Assembly: GCA_029564175.1 (NCBI GenBank)
Contig: JAKQQL010000241.1
Coordinates: 1-54,884 of the forward strand
Length of the DNA stretch: 54,884 nt
Reading direction: 5' to 3'
From: Candidatus Cloacimonadota bacterium
Lineage (GTDB): Bacteria; Cloacimonadota; Cloacimonadia; Cloacimonadales; WRIO01
The translations under genes were made by a program, and so were the position numbers. The first letter of the stretch is position 1. Every line of letters starts with the position of its first letter. Shown here in pieces: positions 1 to 10,138 of this stretch. The notes below the pieces were generated by a model that saw nothing but the letters and a program-made list of their open reading frames with translations, had not been told where the DNA came from and searched no databases.

Positions 1-67
1 GTGCCTTCCGTGGTTGTTCATCGTTCGTTTTCATCCGTGTTATTCGTGGTTAACCAATCTCTTTGAA

Positions 68-92
68 GGGCAGGCGCAAGGCCAGCCCCTAC
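68..92 (-). repeat. GTAG-type REP palindrome
   Basis: Minus strand reads GTAGGGGCTGGCCTTGCGCCTGCCC: GTAG tetranucleotide followed by a GC-rich imperfect hairpin. Confidence 0.7.
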
Positions 93-120
93 GATTGAAT
101 GATTTTGGTTATAAATCATT

Positions 121-212
121 TGTTCCGCACCTACGGAGCGGGGGTTGGTGGGTGTTTCTATCCCTAGGGTTAAAACCCGTAGGCTATTCATATCACGCCC
201 TTTCAGGGCATT
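121..212. repeat. Three-hairpin REP-like element without terminal inverted repeats
   Basis: CCGCACCTACGGAGCGG, CCTAGGGTTAAAACCCGTAGG and GCCCTTTCAGGGC; same layout as the body of the MITEs at 4134 and 40286. Confidence 0.65.
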
Positions 213-307
213 TGTGGTAAATTCCATTTTCCGTGATTTCTGTGCCTTCCGTGGTTGTTCTTTATTCGTTTTCATCCGTGTTAATCCGTGATATCCGTGG
301 TTTATGA

Positions 308-2110
308 TCATTTTTTGATTTTGCTGCCATAGATACGGCTTTTGATAAATGAATACAAGGTATAGGTTGCAGGAACAGAGATAGCTATCGAAGCCATTTG
401 ATAACGGTCAGCCCAGGTACTGCTTTTATCCCTGAAGGAAACAGCTGAAGCCTGAGAAGTTGCCTGCTGGTAAGAATCATAATTATCTTCTGCCTGAGAA
501 TCACAATAATAAATCGCAGCACCATTGAGGGCGGTCAATAGTAAGCCGGAATACATATTGATATCCCAGAACCGCTTTTTCTGTTGCATCGAGCCTTCAT
601 AGGTCATAAGGCTGAATCTCAGGTTTTCAGAACGAGAGTCTTTCAAATTGACTGTACGGCTTTCAGAAACATAATTTTTGGCAGAAGCAATGACTTCATA
701 CTGACCAATCAGGAGATTGTGCTGGTCAGTTTTGCTTTTATCTGCTACATTCCGATCCAGTTCCACATCGCGAATCGTATATTCGGTTCCGTTTATATTA
801 GAATTCAGGTTAAGTTTTGCCATAATCGGTTTGATTTCTACCTGAATAGTCTTTTCTTCTTTGTCTTTCAGAGATATTTTCTCCTGCCAGATCTGATAAG
901 CATACGCCTTTTCTCCGGTCTTCTGTACTTTTAGTGTGTAGTCTTTGGGGAAAAGCTTAGAACTGAGTCTGGATGACAAACGACGGTGTACCTTGTTATC
1001 AAGAGAGACTTCGACCGGACTCAGATTGCTTTTGAGGGTGAGCGTAGCATATTCACTTTTAAAGAATGGTACGATATCAATATTTTCGTTGGCTTTGACC
1101 TCAACACGAGTCTGCCAATCAGCATAAAACTCAGCATCTTCATCATTGACTGCGCAGCGAATCTGATAAGAACCACTCAGCAAACGAACATTCGACTGAC
1201 CTGCCAGTTGCCCTTTGAATGTATTATCGAGATAGACATTGTATTGCTTCTCTGCTTTTTTAAAAGAGAGGGTTCCACTGATATTTTCTAATACAAAATG
1301 CTCTTTCTTTTGATCTTCGGCATTTAATACAAGTGTTTTAGCACTGTCCAGAAAAAACTCATTGGGTTTTTCGATGCGAATATTGTAAGTGCCTGGGTCC
1401 AGACCATTGATCACACCTGTATAATCAAGGGGTGTATAGCCTTTATAATCCTCATTGATATAGACTTTACAATTTGAAGGTTCTGATGTGATTGTCAAAT
1501 CTGCCCAGTTTGGAGTGAGGTTGATTGTTTTTTCCTGACTCTTGTCCTTTTCCACACGGATCACGACATCTTTATCCTGATAGCGTTCTTTTTTCAAGGT
1601 AACCCGATAGGCATTGGCAGCAAAATCTTTAAACTGATAAGGCGTTCTGATATCACCCAGCGGAATACCCAATATCGAGACTGAGGCATTGGCAGGTTCT
1701 GTGTTTAAAGTAAAATTCCCTGTCCCAAAATCTGAATCAGTGAATTTCGGTTCCACAGAATAGTAACGGACTTCCTGAGATTTGAGGTTTCTGACCGGGA
1801 TATGTAATTCGATATAGTTGATTGCCTTGATAATAATCACCTGACTGGTCATCGTCTTGAGAAAAAGAGTATATTTCCCTTCTTCCGGTTTGGCAATCTC
1901 TTTGACGATACCATTCATATTGGAATCAAATCTGAGATTGGGTATGGAAGAATAGATAATCAGACCACCATCCTCAGGATTAGAACGCATCACGGTAAAA
2001 ACAGCCGGTTCGGGCAGTTGTTTGTATTCCATTTCTCTCAGTTCACCAGTGGCATACAATGACAGCATAAATGCCAGTAAAACCAGCAGGGGCAGAATCC
2101 TTCGATTCAT
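308..2110 (-). CDS. Secreted/membrane PEGA-domain protein
   Basis: 600 aa; signal peptide; repeated PEGA-like units (LTITSEPSNCKVYINEDYKGYTPL, FTLNTEPANASV..TPY); GAGGAG RBS. Confidence 0.85.
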   Translation of the reverse strand: MNRRILPLLVLLAFMLSLYATGELREMEYKQLPEPAVFTVMRSNPEDGGLIIYSSIPNLRFDSNMNGIVKEIAKPEEGKYTLFLKTMTSQVIIIKAINYIELHIPVRNLKSQEVRYYSVEPKFTDSDFGTGNFTLNTEPANASVSILGIPLGDIRTPYQFKDFAANAYRVTLKKERYQDKDVVIRVEKDKSQEKTINLTPNWADLTITSEPSNCKVYINEDYKGYTPLDYTGVINGLDPGTYNIRIEKPNEFFLDSAKTLVLNAEDQKKEHFVLENISGTLSFKKAEKQYNVYLDNTFKGQLAGQSNVRLLSGSYQIRCAVNDEDAEFYADWQTRVEVKANENIDIVPFFKSEYATLTLKSNLSPVEVSLDNKVHRRLSSRLSSKLFPKDYTLKVQKTGEKAYAYQIWQEKISLKDKEEKTIQVEIKPIMAKLNLNSNINGTEYTIRDVELDRNVADKSKTDQHNLLIGQYEVIASAKNYVSESRTVNLKDSRSENLRFSLMTYEGSMQQKKRFWDINMYSGLLLTALNGAAIYYCDSQAEDNYDSYQQATSQASAVSFRDKSSTWADRYQMASIAISVPATYTLYSFIKSRIYGSKIKK

Positions 2111-2464
2111 ATAAGCTCCTCAAAACCTTATTCAAATCAAAATTAGCGCTTTTTGTAAATTCTGTCAAGAAAAATCTTTTACAAATTCTTTTTTACAGAT
2201 TTTAAGACACGGATGTGGTTGATTAAAACGGATTAGGATTTTTTCTTTTGGGCAAATTAAACCAATAATCAATTTATTCTGTCGCATTTTTAACTCAAGT
2301 CCCGCTGAGGCGGTTCTTAAGTCAAATCTGCTTATCTTTCCGTGATTTCCGTGCCTTCCGTGGTTGTAAATAGTTTTTGTTTAAATTTTTTCTGTGCTCT
2401 CTGTGATTAAATATTTTTCTTTTGTGTGTTTTGTGTATTTAGTGGTTCACATAAGATTTTCAGC

Positions 2465-2493
2465 TTGACGGATGAGCTGATATCTGTTATAAG
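2465..2493 (+). promoter_or_regulatory. Putative sigma70 promoter of dacB
   Basis: TTGACG-N17-TATAAG with extended -10 TG, 17 nt before the ATG. Confidence 0.55.
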
Positions 2494-2510
2494 TATCCCA
2501 GAGGTTTATA

Positions 2511-3890
2511 ATGAAGAAAATGCTTTTGTTTTATCTGTGTTTAGTGCTGCTCACATCCTGTTCTATCAATCAGTTATTCCACGATACTCCTCCTATTGCC
2601 AAAACTGTAGCCCCTGCCAGTCAAACTATGTTGATAGGGATTGATATACGAAATTTGGAAACAGAGGATATTATCTACCAGCAGAATCAAGAGATGATTT
2701 TCACACCTGCCTCCACACTGAAGTTATTTACAACTTATCTTGCACTCAAACAGGCCGGCAAAGACTACCAATTCTCTACTGAATTTATGGCTTCAGGAGA
2801 AATCAGAGACAGTATTCTCTATGGCAATTTATACATTAAGGCTTCAGGAGATCCGACTCTGGGCAGTTTTTACATGAAACAGGGTTCTCAAAGCCCATTC
2901 ATCCAATGGCAGATCGAACTCAAAGGAAAAGGAATCAAGACCATCACAGGTAATTTATATCTGATCAGAGCAGGTCAAAAGGCAAATCCTTATCGGCCTG
3001 GCTGGCTCTTTGATGATTACGGTCTGGCATTTCAAAATGAGATTACGGAGTTTTCCTATCAAAACAATCTGGTTTTATTCAATATCGTATCTGATTCTTC
3101 AGGCATTCACATCAAACAGGACAGTTTACTGATTGAAAGACCGGTCAGTAATCAGTTAAAGCAGGGGGATATCAATCAGATCAGACTGAGACAAACTATC
3201 AATGAAGCCCCTGTCATTAGTGGCAGTATACAAAAAAACAACCAGTATCAGCTTAGACACAGTATCTCTGAATCAGAAAACTATTTTATGGAGAGTTTTA
3301 AGCGCTACATGCAACAACAATCTTTGCTAAATGAAAATGCTGTTTTTGAAATCATAAGCCCTCATCCTAATTACCCGGACAGTCTGACCCTGCTTTTCAG
3401 ATTAACTTCTCCCCCATTGGATTCCATCTGTCAGGTTATCAACAAATACAGTATTAACCCCTTTGCTGAACAGGTAAATACTTACCTGATCAAAGCAGAT
3501 TTCAGACAAGAAAACCTGAAAGCGATGGGTATCGATACAAAGGTTTCTATCTTTGATGATGGTAGCGGATTATCTATATATAATAAAATCAAACCGTCTG
3601 ATTTCTCAAAACTAATGGCTGAAATCTATCACTCTGATTTGTTTCCAAGCTATCTGCGAACGCTATCAGTGGGAGGAGAAGACGGCACCTTAAAAAACAG
3701 GCTGACTTCTGGCTTGTTAAAAGGTAAGATATATGGTAAGAGCGGTTCTATGCGGAATATCAATAATGTCGTCGCTTTCTACCAATCCCCTCAGGGAAAC
3801 TGGTATTCAGTGGTTATCCTGGCAAACAATATCCCTGCCGGAAGCAATATCAATTCCCTATTGGAATCTGTCAGTCTGGAATTGCCTTGA
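2511..3890 (+). CDS. dacB: D-alanyl-D-alanine carboxypeptidase/endopeptidase (PBP4, peptidase S13), probable lipoprotein
   Basis: PASTLK (SxxK), SIN (SxN), DGSGLS and KSG motifs; GDPTL; lipobox LLTSC. Confidence 0.92.
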   Translation: MKKMLLFYLCLVLLTSCSINQLFHDTPPIAKTVAPASQTMLIGIDIRNLETEDIIYQQNQEMIFTPASTLKLFTTYLALKQAGKDYQFSTEFMASGEIRDSILYGNLYIKASGDPTLGSFYMKQGSQSPFIQWQIELKGKGIKTITGNLYLIRAGQKANPYRPGWLFDDYGLAFQNEITEFSYQNNLVLFNIVSDSSGIHIKQDSLLIERPVSNQLKQGDINQIRLRQTINEAPVISGSIQKNNQYQLRHSISESENYFMESFKRYMQQQSLLNENAVFEIISPHPNYPDSLTLLFRLTSPPLDSICQVINKYSINPFAEQVNTYLIKADFRQENLKAMGIDTKVSIFDDGSGLSIYNKIKPSDFSKLMAEIYHSDLFPSYLRTLSVGGEDGTLKNRLTSGLLKGKIYGKSGSMRNINNVVAFYQSPQGNWYSVVILANNIPAGSNINSLLESVSLELP

Positions 3891-4078
3891 TCTTTAGACA
3901 CTGATATGACAGATTGTTACGGGTATTTTTTTGACGCGGATAAGACAGATAAAACGGATAAAAAGAGGGGGAAAATAAGAAATAAATGTTTCAATCTTCT
4001 CTATGTTCTCTGTATTCGCTGTGGTTAATTATCTTTTTTTGTGTTTTGTGTATTTAAGGGTTCACATTGAGGAAAATC

Positions 4079-4323
4079 ACATTATGTCACACCTACGGTG
4101 CTTTTCTTGTAACACAATATATCAGACGCTTCAGAGTCTGTGCAAAAATAGAAAAATGATTATGTCGCATCTACGATGCTTGAACCGTAACTCACTATTT
4201 CCCCGTGGTTTCACCACGGGCTAGGATTCTTTCGTTCCTCCGGAACTCTGGTTTTTGCACAGGCTCTTCACCTCTGTCTATGATTCTGTCATTCTTACAG
4301 AGTATTATTTTTTGCACAGAATC
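4079..4323. mobile_element. Older, left-truncated copy of the MITE-A family, interrupted by the copy at 4134-4266
   Basis: Hairpin-1 and half of hairpin-2 at 4082-4133; remainder and right TIR TTTTTGCACAGAATC at 4267-4323. Confidence 0.65.
4134..4266. mobile_element. 133-bp MITE (family A), IS5/IS1182-like ends
   Basis: TIRs GAGTCTGTGCAAAAA / TTTTTGCACAGGCTC (14/15 match); 4-bp direct repeat TTCA at 4130-4133 and 4267-4270; no coding capacity. Confidence 0.85.
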
Positions 4324-4693
4324 TAAAGCCCTGCGTTACTCATATTTAGTGTGACAATAATGACATCCTTTCAAAGTTATTAGATTAAATTTTTATTGTT
4401 CATTTCATCTGTTTCAATCCGTGCTATCCGTGTCTTATAACTTTTTCTCAGTGCCTTCCGTGCTATCCATGTCTTAAAATTCTTTTCCTTGTTTTCCGCG
4501 TCTGAAAACAAAATTGGAACAATAAATGCAAATAATAGAAACAACAGATAGTGTGATATATTTTGTCATTGCCTTTACAAGAAGAAAAGCAGACAAAAAG
4601 TCTAAAATGATTCATTTTGATTCAAAGTCTAAATATGCTGATCAATAATGAATAAAAACAATCAGATGATACAAATTGTACAAAGGAGTACTT

Positions 4694-6073
4694 ATGCTAA
4701 ATAAGAATGTAGTGAGTAAAGTCCTGGAAAGAGCATTAGAGAATGGTGCTGACTTTGCTGAAATATTTGTAGAAGATCAGTATTCTGCGAATATCCGGTA
4801 TTTTGATCAAAAGACACAGAAGAGTGTTGCAGGGAAAAGCATGGGAGCAGGCATTCGTGTTTTCTTTGGTTTGACGGCTATCTATGCTTATACCAATGAT
4901 TTAAGTGAAGAATCGCTTTTAAAAACAGCTTATGCTGCTGGTTCAGCCCTGAAAAATCAGGTAAAATCTTTTAACATTGATTTGAGGAAAAAAGAAATAA
5001 ACAGCAGACACCCATTTATTCACCATGCCAAGGATATTGCAAAATCAGAAAAAGTTGATTTTTTAAGAAAGATTGACAAATCTGCCAGAGCTTACCACAA
5101 TCAGATTGTTCAGGTGGATATGACCATGATAGAAAGAAATCAGAAGGTCTTAATTGCTAACAGTGAAGGTCTATGGGCAGAAGATGAAAGACGCTATTCA
5201 CGTATCGCGACCAGTGCGATTGCATCCAATGGCACAGAAATGCAGACTGGCGGAGAATCACCAGGTGCTTTACAGGGTTTTGAGTTTTTTAGAATGCTTG
5301 ATCCTGTTTACTTAGGCGAAGAATCTGCTAAGTCAGCCATTACCATGCTCAATGCGGATTATGTACAGGGTGGCAAATATCCTGTCATTATAGACAATGG
5401 GTTTGGTGGCGTGATTTTCCATGAAGCTTGCGGACACTCACTTGAAACTACTTCTGTAGCGAAAGGTGCATCTGTCTTCTGTAACAAGATGGGTGAAATG
5501 ATTGCTAATCCGGCAGTTACTGCAATTGATGACGGTACGATTGAAAATCACTGGGGCTCTACCAATATCGATGATGAAGGTCATGAGACCCAAAAAACGG
5601 TTCTGATTGAAAATGGTATTTTAAAATCATATATTGTCGATAAATTAGGTGGGATGAAGATGAATATGCATTCTACTGGTAGTGGACGCCGTGAATCATA
5701 CACATATGCCCCTACTTCCAGAATGAGAAACACCTATATTGCAGCAGGTCCACACAAACTCGAAGAGTTGATTGCATCAGTTGATTACGGTATCTATGCT
5801 AAAAAAATGGGTGGTGGATCTGTTACACCTGGCACAGGTAATTTTAATTTCTCAGTCGCTGAAGGCTATCTGATTGAAAAAGGAAAGATTGGTAAAGCCA
5901 TTCGTGGAGCAACCCTGATTGGCAATGGAGCTGATGCATTGCATAAAATCAGTATGGTAGCTGATAATCTGGCTTTTGCTGAAGGTAACTGTGGGTCAGT
6001 CAGTGGTAGCGTACCAACCTGTGTGGGTCAACCAGCCATCAAGATTGACGAAATTGTCGTTGGCGGAAGATAA
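4694..6073 (+). CDS. tldD: TldD metalloprotease subunit
   Basis: HEACGHSLE metal motif, DDEG, RMRNTYI, C-terminal GNCGS..VP..GQP; start placed at the ATG after AAGGAG. Confidence 0.93.
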   Translation: MLNKNVVSKVLERALENGADFAEIFVEDQYSANIRYFDQKTQKSVAGKSMGAGIRVFFGLTAIYAYTNDLSEESLLKTAYAAGSALKNQVKSFNIDLRKKEINSRHPFIHHAKDIAKSEKVDFLRKIDKSARAYHNQIVQVDMTMIERNQKVLIANSEGLWAEDERRYSRIATSAIASNGTEMQTGGESPGALQGFEFFRMLDPVYLGEESAKSAITMLNADYVQGGKYPVIIDNGFGGVIFHEACGHSLETTSVAKGASVFCNKMGEMIANPAVTAIDDGTIENHWGSTNIDDEGHETQKTVLIENGILKSYIVDKLGGMKMNMHSTGSGRRESYTYAPTSRMRNTYIAAGPHKLEELIASVDYGIYAKKMGGGSVTPGTGNFNFSVAEGYLIEKGKIGKAIRGATLIGNGADALHKISMVADNLAFAEGNCGSVSGSVPTCVGQPAIKIDEIVVGGR

Positions 6074-6083
6074 GGAGGCAAAA

Positions 6084-7415
6084 ATGTACGATAAAGAATT
6101 TAATATACTGCTTCAATATGCAGAAAATAAAGTAGATGACATGGATATCATCTTGTCACAGGGCAAAAACTTCAGTGTTCAGATTTTAAACCAAAACATC
6201 GAATCCTATAAAAATGCAACTGTTCGCGGTTTAGGCGTCAGAATCAAAAAAGATGGCAAAATCGGTTATGCTTACAGTGAAGATTTCTCTGAAGAAACCC
6301 TGAAAAGCATCGTAGATGAAGCGATTGAAAATAGTCTGATCATAGAAAAAGAAGAAATGGCTATCTTTGATAATTACGAAGATAAAGCGCTTGAATTCTC
6401 AACTTATGATGAAACCCTTGACACAACTGATGAGAATCTGAAAATCCAATTAGCAAAAGATTTAGAAAAATATGCCTATGAAGCAGATCCTCGTGTAAAA
6501 AATGTTACTTATGCAATTTATGGAGATTATTCTTCATACACGAAGATAGCTAATACCAAAGGGCTAAATAAAGAAGCAAGAAACAACGGTGCTTATGCTT
6601 ATACATACCTCCTGGTTGAAGAAAACGGTGAGAGAAGAAATGCCATGGAAATCAAACAGAGCAAAAACTTTGCTGATTTTAATGCCAAAGAAATATCTGA
6701 TAAAGCCGTAGAAAAAGCACTTAATTTACTGGGTGATACTCAGATTGAATCAGGAAAATATGCAGTTGTATTTAACAATGACATGTCCTCTGCCCTACTC
6801 AGTACTTTCTCATCTATTTTCTCAGCCAGCGCAGTTCACGAAGGCCGTTCTCTATTAAAAGGCAAAAAGGATCAGCAAATTGCAAATCCTCTGGTTACAA
6901 TCGTTGATGATGCCAGAGATGAAAACGGTTTATCAAGTTTCCCATTTGACAGTGAAGGTTATCCAACTCAGACAACCGTTCTGGTTGAACAGGGAGTTCT
7001 TAAAAGTTTTCTTCATAATACCGTAACGGCTCATGAAGACAAAGTTAAATCAACCGGAAACGCCTCCAGATCTTACAAATCAAGTCTTGGCATCAGTCCA
7101 AGTAACCTTAAACTGATTCCAGGTATGACGAAAAAAGAAGATTTACTCACTTCAGCTGAAAAAGTACTGGAAGTCGTTTCATTAGCTGGTCTTCATTCAG
7201 GTGCTAATCCAATATCAGGAGACTTCTCACTATCAGGAGAAGGATTCCTCTACATGAACGGTGAAAAACAGGGTTCTCTGTCTCCATTCACGATCTCTGG
7301 CAATTATCTTCAAGTTCTTAACAACATTGAAAAAATTGCTAATGACTTCCAATATAATTCAGAATCTGTCGGTTCTGCATCCATACTCGTTAATGAACTG
7401 AATATCAGTTCATAA
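6084..7415 (+). CDS. pmbA: PmbA/TldE partner subunit
   Basis: PFDSEG, STGNASR, SGDFSLSG motifs; no HExxxH; ATG after TAAGGAGG directly downstream of tldD. Confidence 0.9.
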   Translation: MYDKEFNILLQYAENKVDDMDIILSQGKNFSVQILNQNIESYKNATVRGLGVRIKKDGKIGYAYSEDFSEETLKSIVDEAIENSLIIEKEEMAIFDNYEDKALEFSTYDETLDTTDENLKIQLAKDLEKYAYEADPRVKNVTYAIYGDYSSYTKIANTKGLNKEARNNGAYAYTYLLVEENGERRNAMEIKQSKNFADFNAKEISDKAVEKALNLLGDTQIESGKYAVVFNNDMSSALLSTFSSIFSASAVHEGRSLLKGKKDQQIANPLVTIVDDARDENGLSSFPFDSEGYPTQTTVLVEQGVLKSFLHNTVTAHEDKVKSTGNASRSYKSSLGISPSNLKLIPGMTKKEDLLTSAEKVLEVVSLAGLHSGANPISGDFSLSGEGFLYMNGEKQGSLSPFTISGNYLQVLNNIEKIANDFQYNSESVGSASILVNELNISS

Positions 7416-7433
7416 CATCTCCATTTGTTAATT

Positions 7434-7464
7434 GAAAGGGACGGCATCGCTGTCCCTTTTTTTT
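7434..7464 (+). terminator. Rho-independent terminator
   Basis: AAAGGGACGGC-ATC-GCTGTCCCTTT followed by a T-run. Confidence 0.85.
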
Positions 7465-7530
7465 AGGTAATTTGCAATTTATTTGACATTTTTTTTCAGG
7501 AATATTTTCATCATTTTCATTTTACAGGCA

Positions 7531-7630
7531 ATAAGGATATGATAAGGAAAGGATAAGGATGGAATAAGGAAAGAAAACATTCTTTTAATTGCTTTTATCT
7601 GTTTACAGGTGTACTTTCATATAAAATTTA
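7531..7630. repeat. Dispersed ~100-bp element with an 11-bp-phased ATAAGGA array (copy 1)
   Basis: ATAAGG at 7531, 7542, 7553 and 7564, then TGTTTACAG and ATATAAAATTT; second copy at 42963-43061. Confidence 0.75.
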
Positions 7631-7732
7631 TAATATAGAATTCCTATGATTTATAAACCTTGAAAAGAAAACATTTGACCAAAAATTAAAGTCAGATAAA
7701 AAGGATTCAAAAACAACCTAATGGAGATAAAG

Positions 7733-10138
7733 ATGAGCAGATTGAAACATAAAGACGCAAAAACCTCTTATCAGACAGTTACAAATTCTCCCAGTTTAAA
7801 AGGAAATAAGATTCACCTCATCATGCTTTCAGCATTTGTATTGATTGTTTGTAGCTTATTTTTTAAGATTGCCTTTCTGGACTATGCCCCCCCAGCCTCT
7901 GATACCATGCAATGGAGAGGTTCTGCCCAACAAATACTGGAATACAACAAAGATCACTGGCTAAAAGCACAATGGACAGACAATATGTTTGCAGGGATGC
8001 CTTCTTATCTGATTTCATTTCGTAATCAATATTATTTTGTAGATATCATTTTCACTTTCATGCAGAAATTGATTGACTGGCGTATTTTTTTCTTGCTATT
8101 TGCCGGGATCGGGATGTATATCCTGCTGTGTCATCTGAAATTTGACCCAATGATTGCACTGTTAGGAGCCATATCATTTGCCTTATCCTGTCACTTTATC
8201 GGACTGATTGAGATTGGGCATAACACCAAATTTAAAGCAATCATGTATATCCCTTGGATATTCTGGGCGATTGATTATCTCAGACAAAATAAAAACATAC
8301 TCGGATTAGGGCTCAGTTCAGTCTTTATTATTCAACAGCTCAGAGAAAATCATATTCAGATATCCTATTATACGTTTCTCTTAATTGGAATTTACTGGCT
8401 GGTATATGCCATAGATGCTATCAAAAAAAAGGAATTTAAATCTTTTGGCATTTATACCATCTCACTATTTTTTGTCTTTATATTAGCCGGATTAGCAGTT
8501 AGTAATCCTTATATGAATACTGCAGAATACAGTAAATATACCATTCGCGGTGGTGCGGAAGGCCTCAGTAAAGAATATGCAACCGGCTGGTCTTTTGGCG
8601 TTGGCGAAGTACTGACCTTTATCGTTCCAAAATTCTATGGTGGCATATCACCCTATTACTGGGGACCTATGTCATTCACACAAACCTCTATGTACATGGG
8701 GATTGGCATCTTTTTCCTGATGATGCTTGCTATTGTATTTGTCAGAAATAAAACCCTTACAGCATTGACAATAGGCTCAATATTTACAATCTTACTATCA
8801 TTTGGAAAGGAATTTCCACTTGTTTATGATTTATTTTTTAAATTTGTACCTGGTTTTAATAAATTCCGCGTACCAGCCATGATTCTGGTATTAATTCAAT
8901 TCGCCTTTGTCGTAATGGCTGCTTATGCATTGGATTACATCATCAAAAACAGACAGGATAAAAAGCTGGGCAAATTTATCCAGTATAGTCTATATGGTTC
9001 AATAGCCTTATTTATACTTTTTATCATCGGAAAAGGAATTTTCAGTTCTCTGTCATTTGTAAAGCCAGATGAACTTCAGCAATACCAGTCAGGGCAGTTA
9101 GAACAGCTTAAAGCAATTCGTCTGGAGTTACTCGTAAAAAGTGGTATGCAGTCCGCCTTTATTCTCATATTAAGTGTTCTGGCAATATGGGCATTTTTAA
9201 AAGAAAAACTCAACAAATGTATCATGCTAGGCATTTTAATGATACTCTGTATCATAGATTTATCTCTGATTAACAAAGACCATTTAAAATCAGAAACACT
9301 GGTAAAAGAAAAAGAGATGTTTAGTTCTTTTGAAAACAATGCCGTAGATAATTATCTGCTTCAGGATAAAGATACTTATCGTATTTTCCCACTTGCCAGA
9401 GAATTTGGCAATGCCCGCTGGTCATACAATCATCAGAGTCTGGGCGGTTACCACGGTGCTAAACTCAAACGTTATCAGGAAATTATTGAAAAATCACTCC
9501 ATGCAGAATTAGTACAGGGAATCCCATTAAACTGGAATATCATCAATATGTTAAATACCAAATATATCATTTTTAATAATCAATTACCATTACCTAATCT
9601 TGAAGAAGTCTTTTATGATCAGCAAAATGGTCTTTATGTCTTTAAAAATCTGTCTGTTTTACCGCGTGCATGGTTTGTCAAAAATGCAGAGCTCATCAGT
9701 CAGCCAGAGCAAATCTTTAGCAAACTGAACAGTCCCTCTTTTAATCCGGCAGAAACTGCAATCGTTGAAGAGCAGGTGCCAGCCTTTTCATATTCCGATT
9801 CCTCTTCTGTTAAAATGCTGGAAAAAGATCTGCATCAAAGCAAATGGGAAGTCAATACGCCTGTCAATGCCTTTATGACCATCTCAGAAATATATTATCC
9901 TGCAGGCTGGAAAGTCTTTATTGATGGGAAAGAGACTAAAATCTATCCGGTAAACTATATATTGAGAGGTGTCGAAATCCCTGCCGGCAAGCATCATGTT
10001 GAAATGAAATTCGTAGCTGAGACTTATCAAAAGAGTATTATTATGTCAGGTATCGGACTTGCTTTCTCTTTGATATTAACCATTACAGGTGTGATAATCG
10101 TCATAAAAAAAAGAAAGAACACAGATACCCTTTCATGA
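7733..10138 (+). CDS. YfhO-family polytopic membrane protein (putative GT-C glycosyltransferase)
   Basis: WTDNMFAGMP, HNTK, FNKFRVP, GGYHGAKL and SEIYYPAGWK motifs; many TM segments; ATG after GGAG. Confidence 0.88.
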   Translation: MSRLKHKDAKTSYQTVTNSPSLKGNKIHLIMLSAFVLIVCSLFFKIAFLDYAPPASDTMQWRGSAQQILEYNKDHWLKAQWTDNMFAGMPSYLISFRNQYYFVDIIFTFMQKLIDWRIFFLLFAGIGMYILLCHLKFDPMIALLGAISFALSCHFIGLIEIGHNTKFKAIMYIPWIFWAIDYLRQNKNILGLGLSSVFIIQQLRENHIQISYYTFLLIGIYWLVYAIDAIKKKEFKSFGIYTISLFFVFILAGLAVSNPYMNTAEYSKYTIRGGAEGLSKEYATGWSFGVGEVLTFIVPKFYGGISPYYWGPMSFTQTSMYMGIGIFFLMMLAIVFVRNKTLTALTIGSIFTILLSFGKEFPLVYDLFFKFVPGFNKFRVPAMILVLIQFAFVVMAAYALDYIIKNRQDKKLGKFIQYSLYGSIALFILFIIGKGIFSSLSFVKPDELQQYQSGQLEQLKAIRLELLVKSGMQSAFILILSVLAIWAFLKEKLNKCIMLGILMILCIIDLSLINKDHLKSETLVKEKEMFSSFENNAVDNYLLQDKDTYRIFPLAREFGNARWSYNHQSLGGYHGAKLKRYQEIIEKSLHAELVQGIPLNWNIINMLNTKYIIFNNQLPLPNLEEVFYDQQNGLYVFKNLSVLPRAWFVKNAELISQPEQIFSKLNSPSFNPAETAIVEEQVPAFSYSDSSSVKMLEKDLHQSKWEVNTPVNAFMTISEIYYPAGWKVFIDGKETKIYPVNYILRGVEIPAGKHHVEMKFVAETYQKSIIMSGIGLAFSLILTITGVIIVIKKRKNTDTLS

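Larger units (their letters stand above)
1..303. repeat. Cluster of 9-10-nt-periodic TCCGTG-type repeats and REP-like hairpins
   Basis: GTGCCTTCCGTGGTTGTTC at 1-19 and 243-261, with related copies at ~2337-2450, 4417-4475 and 29707-29735. Confidence 0.8.

Noticed and set aside
14..311. ORFs 14..220 (+) and 18..311 (-)
   Set aside because: Translations of repeat DNA with no recognisable domain. The same applies to 4003..4224, 33126..33425, 38879..39079 and 42717..42956.
5976..6083. Long overlap of pmbA with tldD in the ORF track
   Set aside because: TAAGGAGG RBS points to the ATG at 6084; the extension is an ORF-caller artefact.
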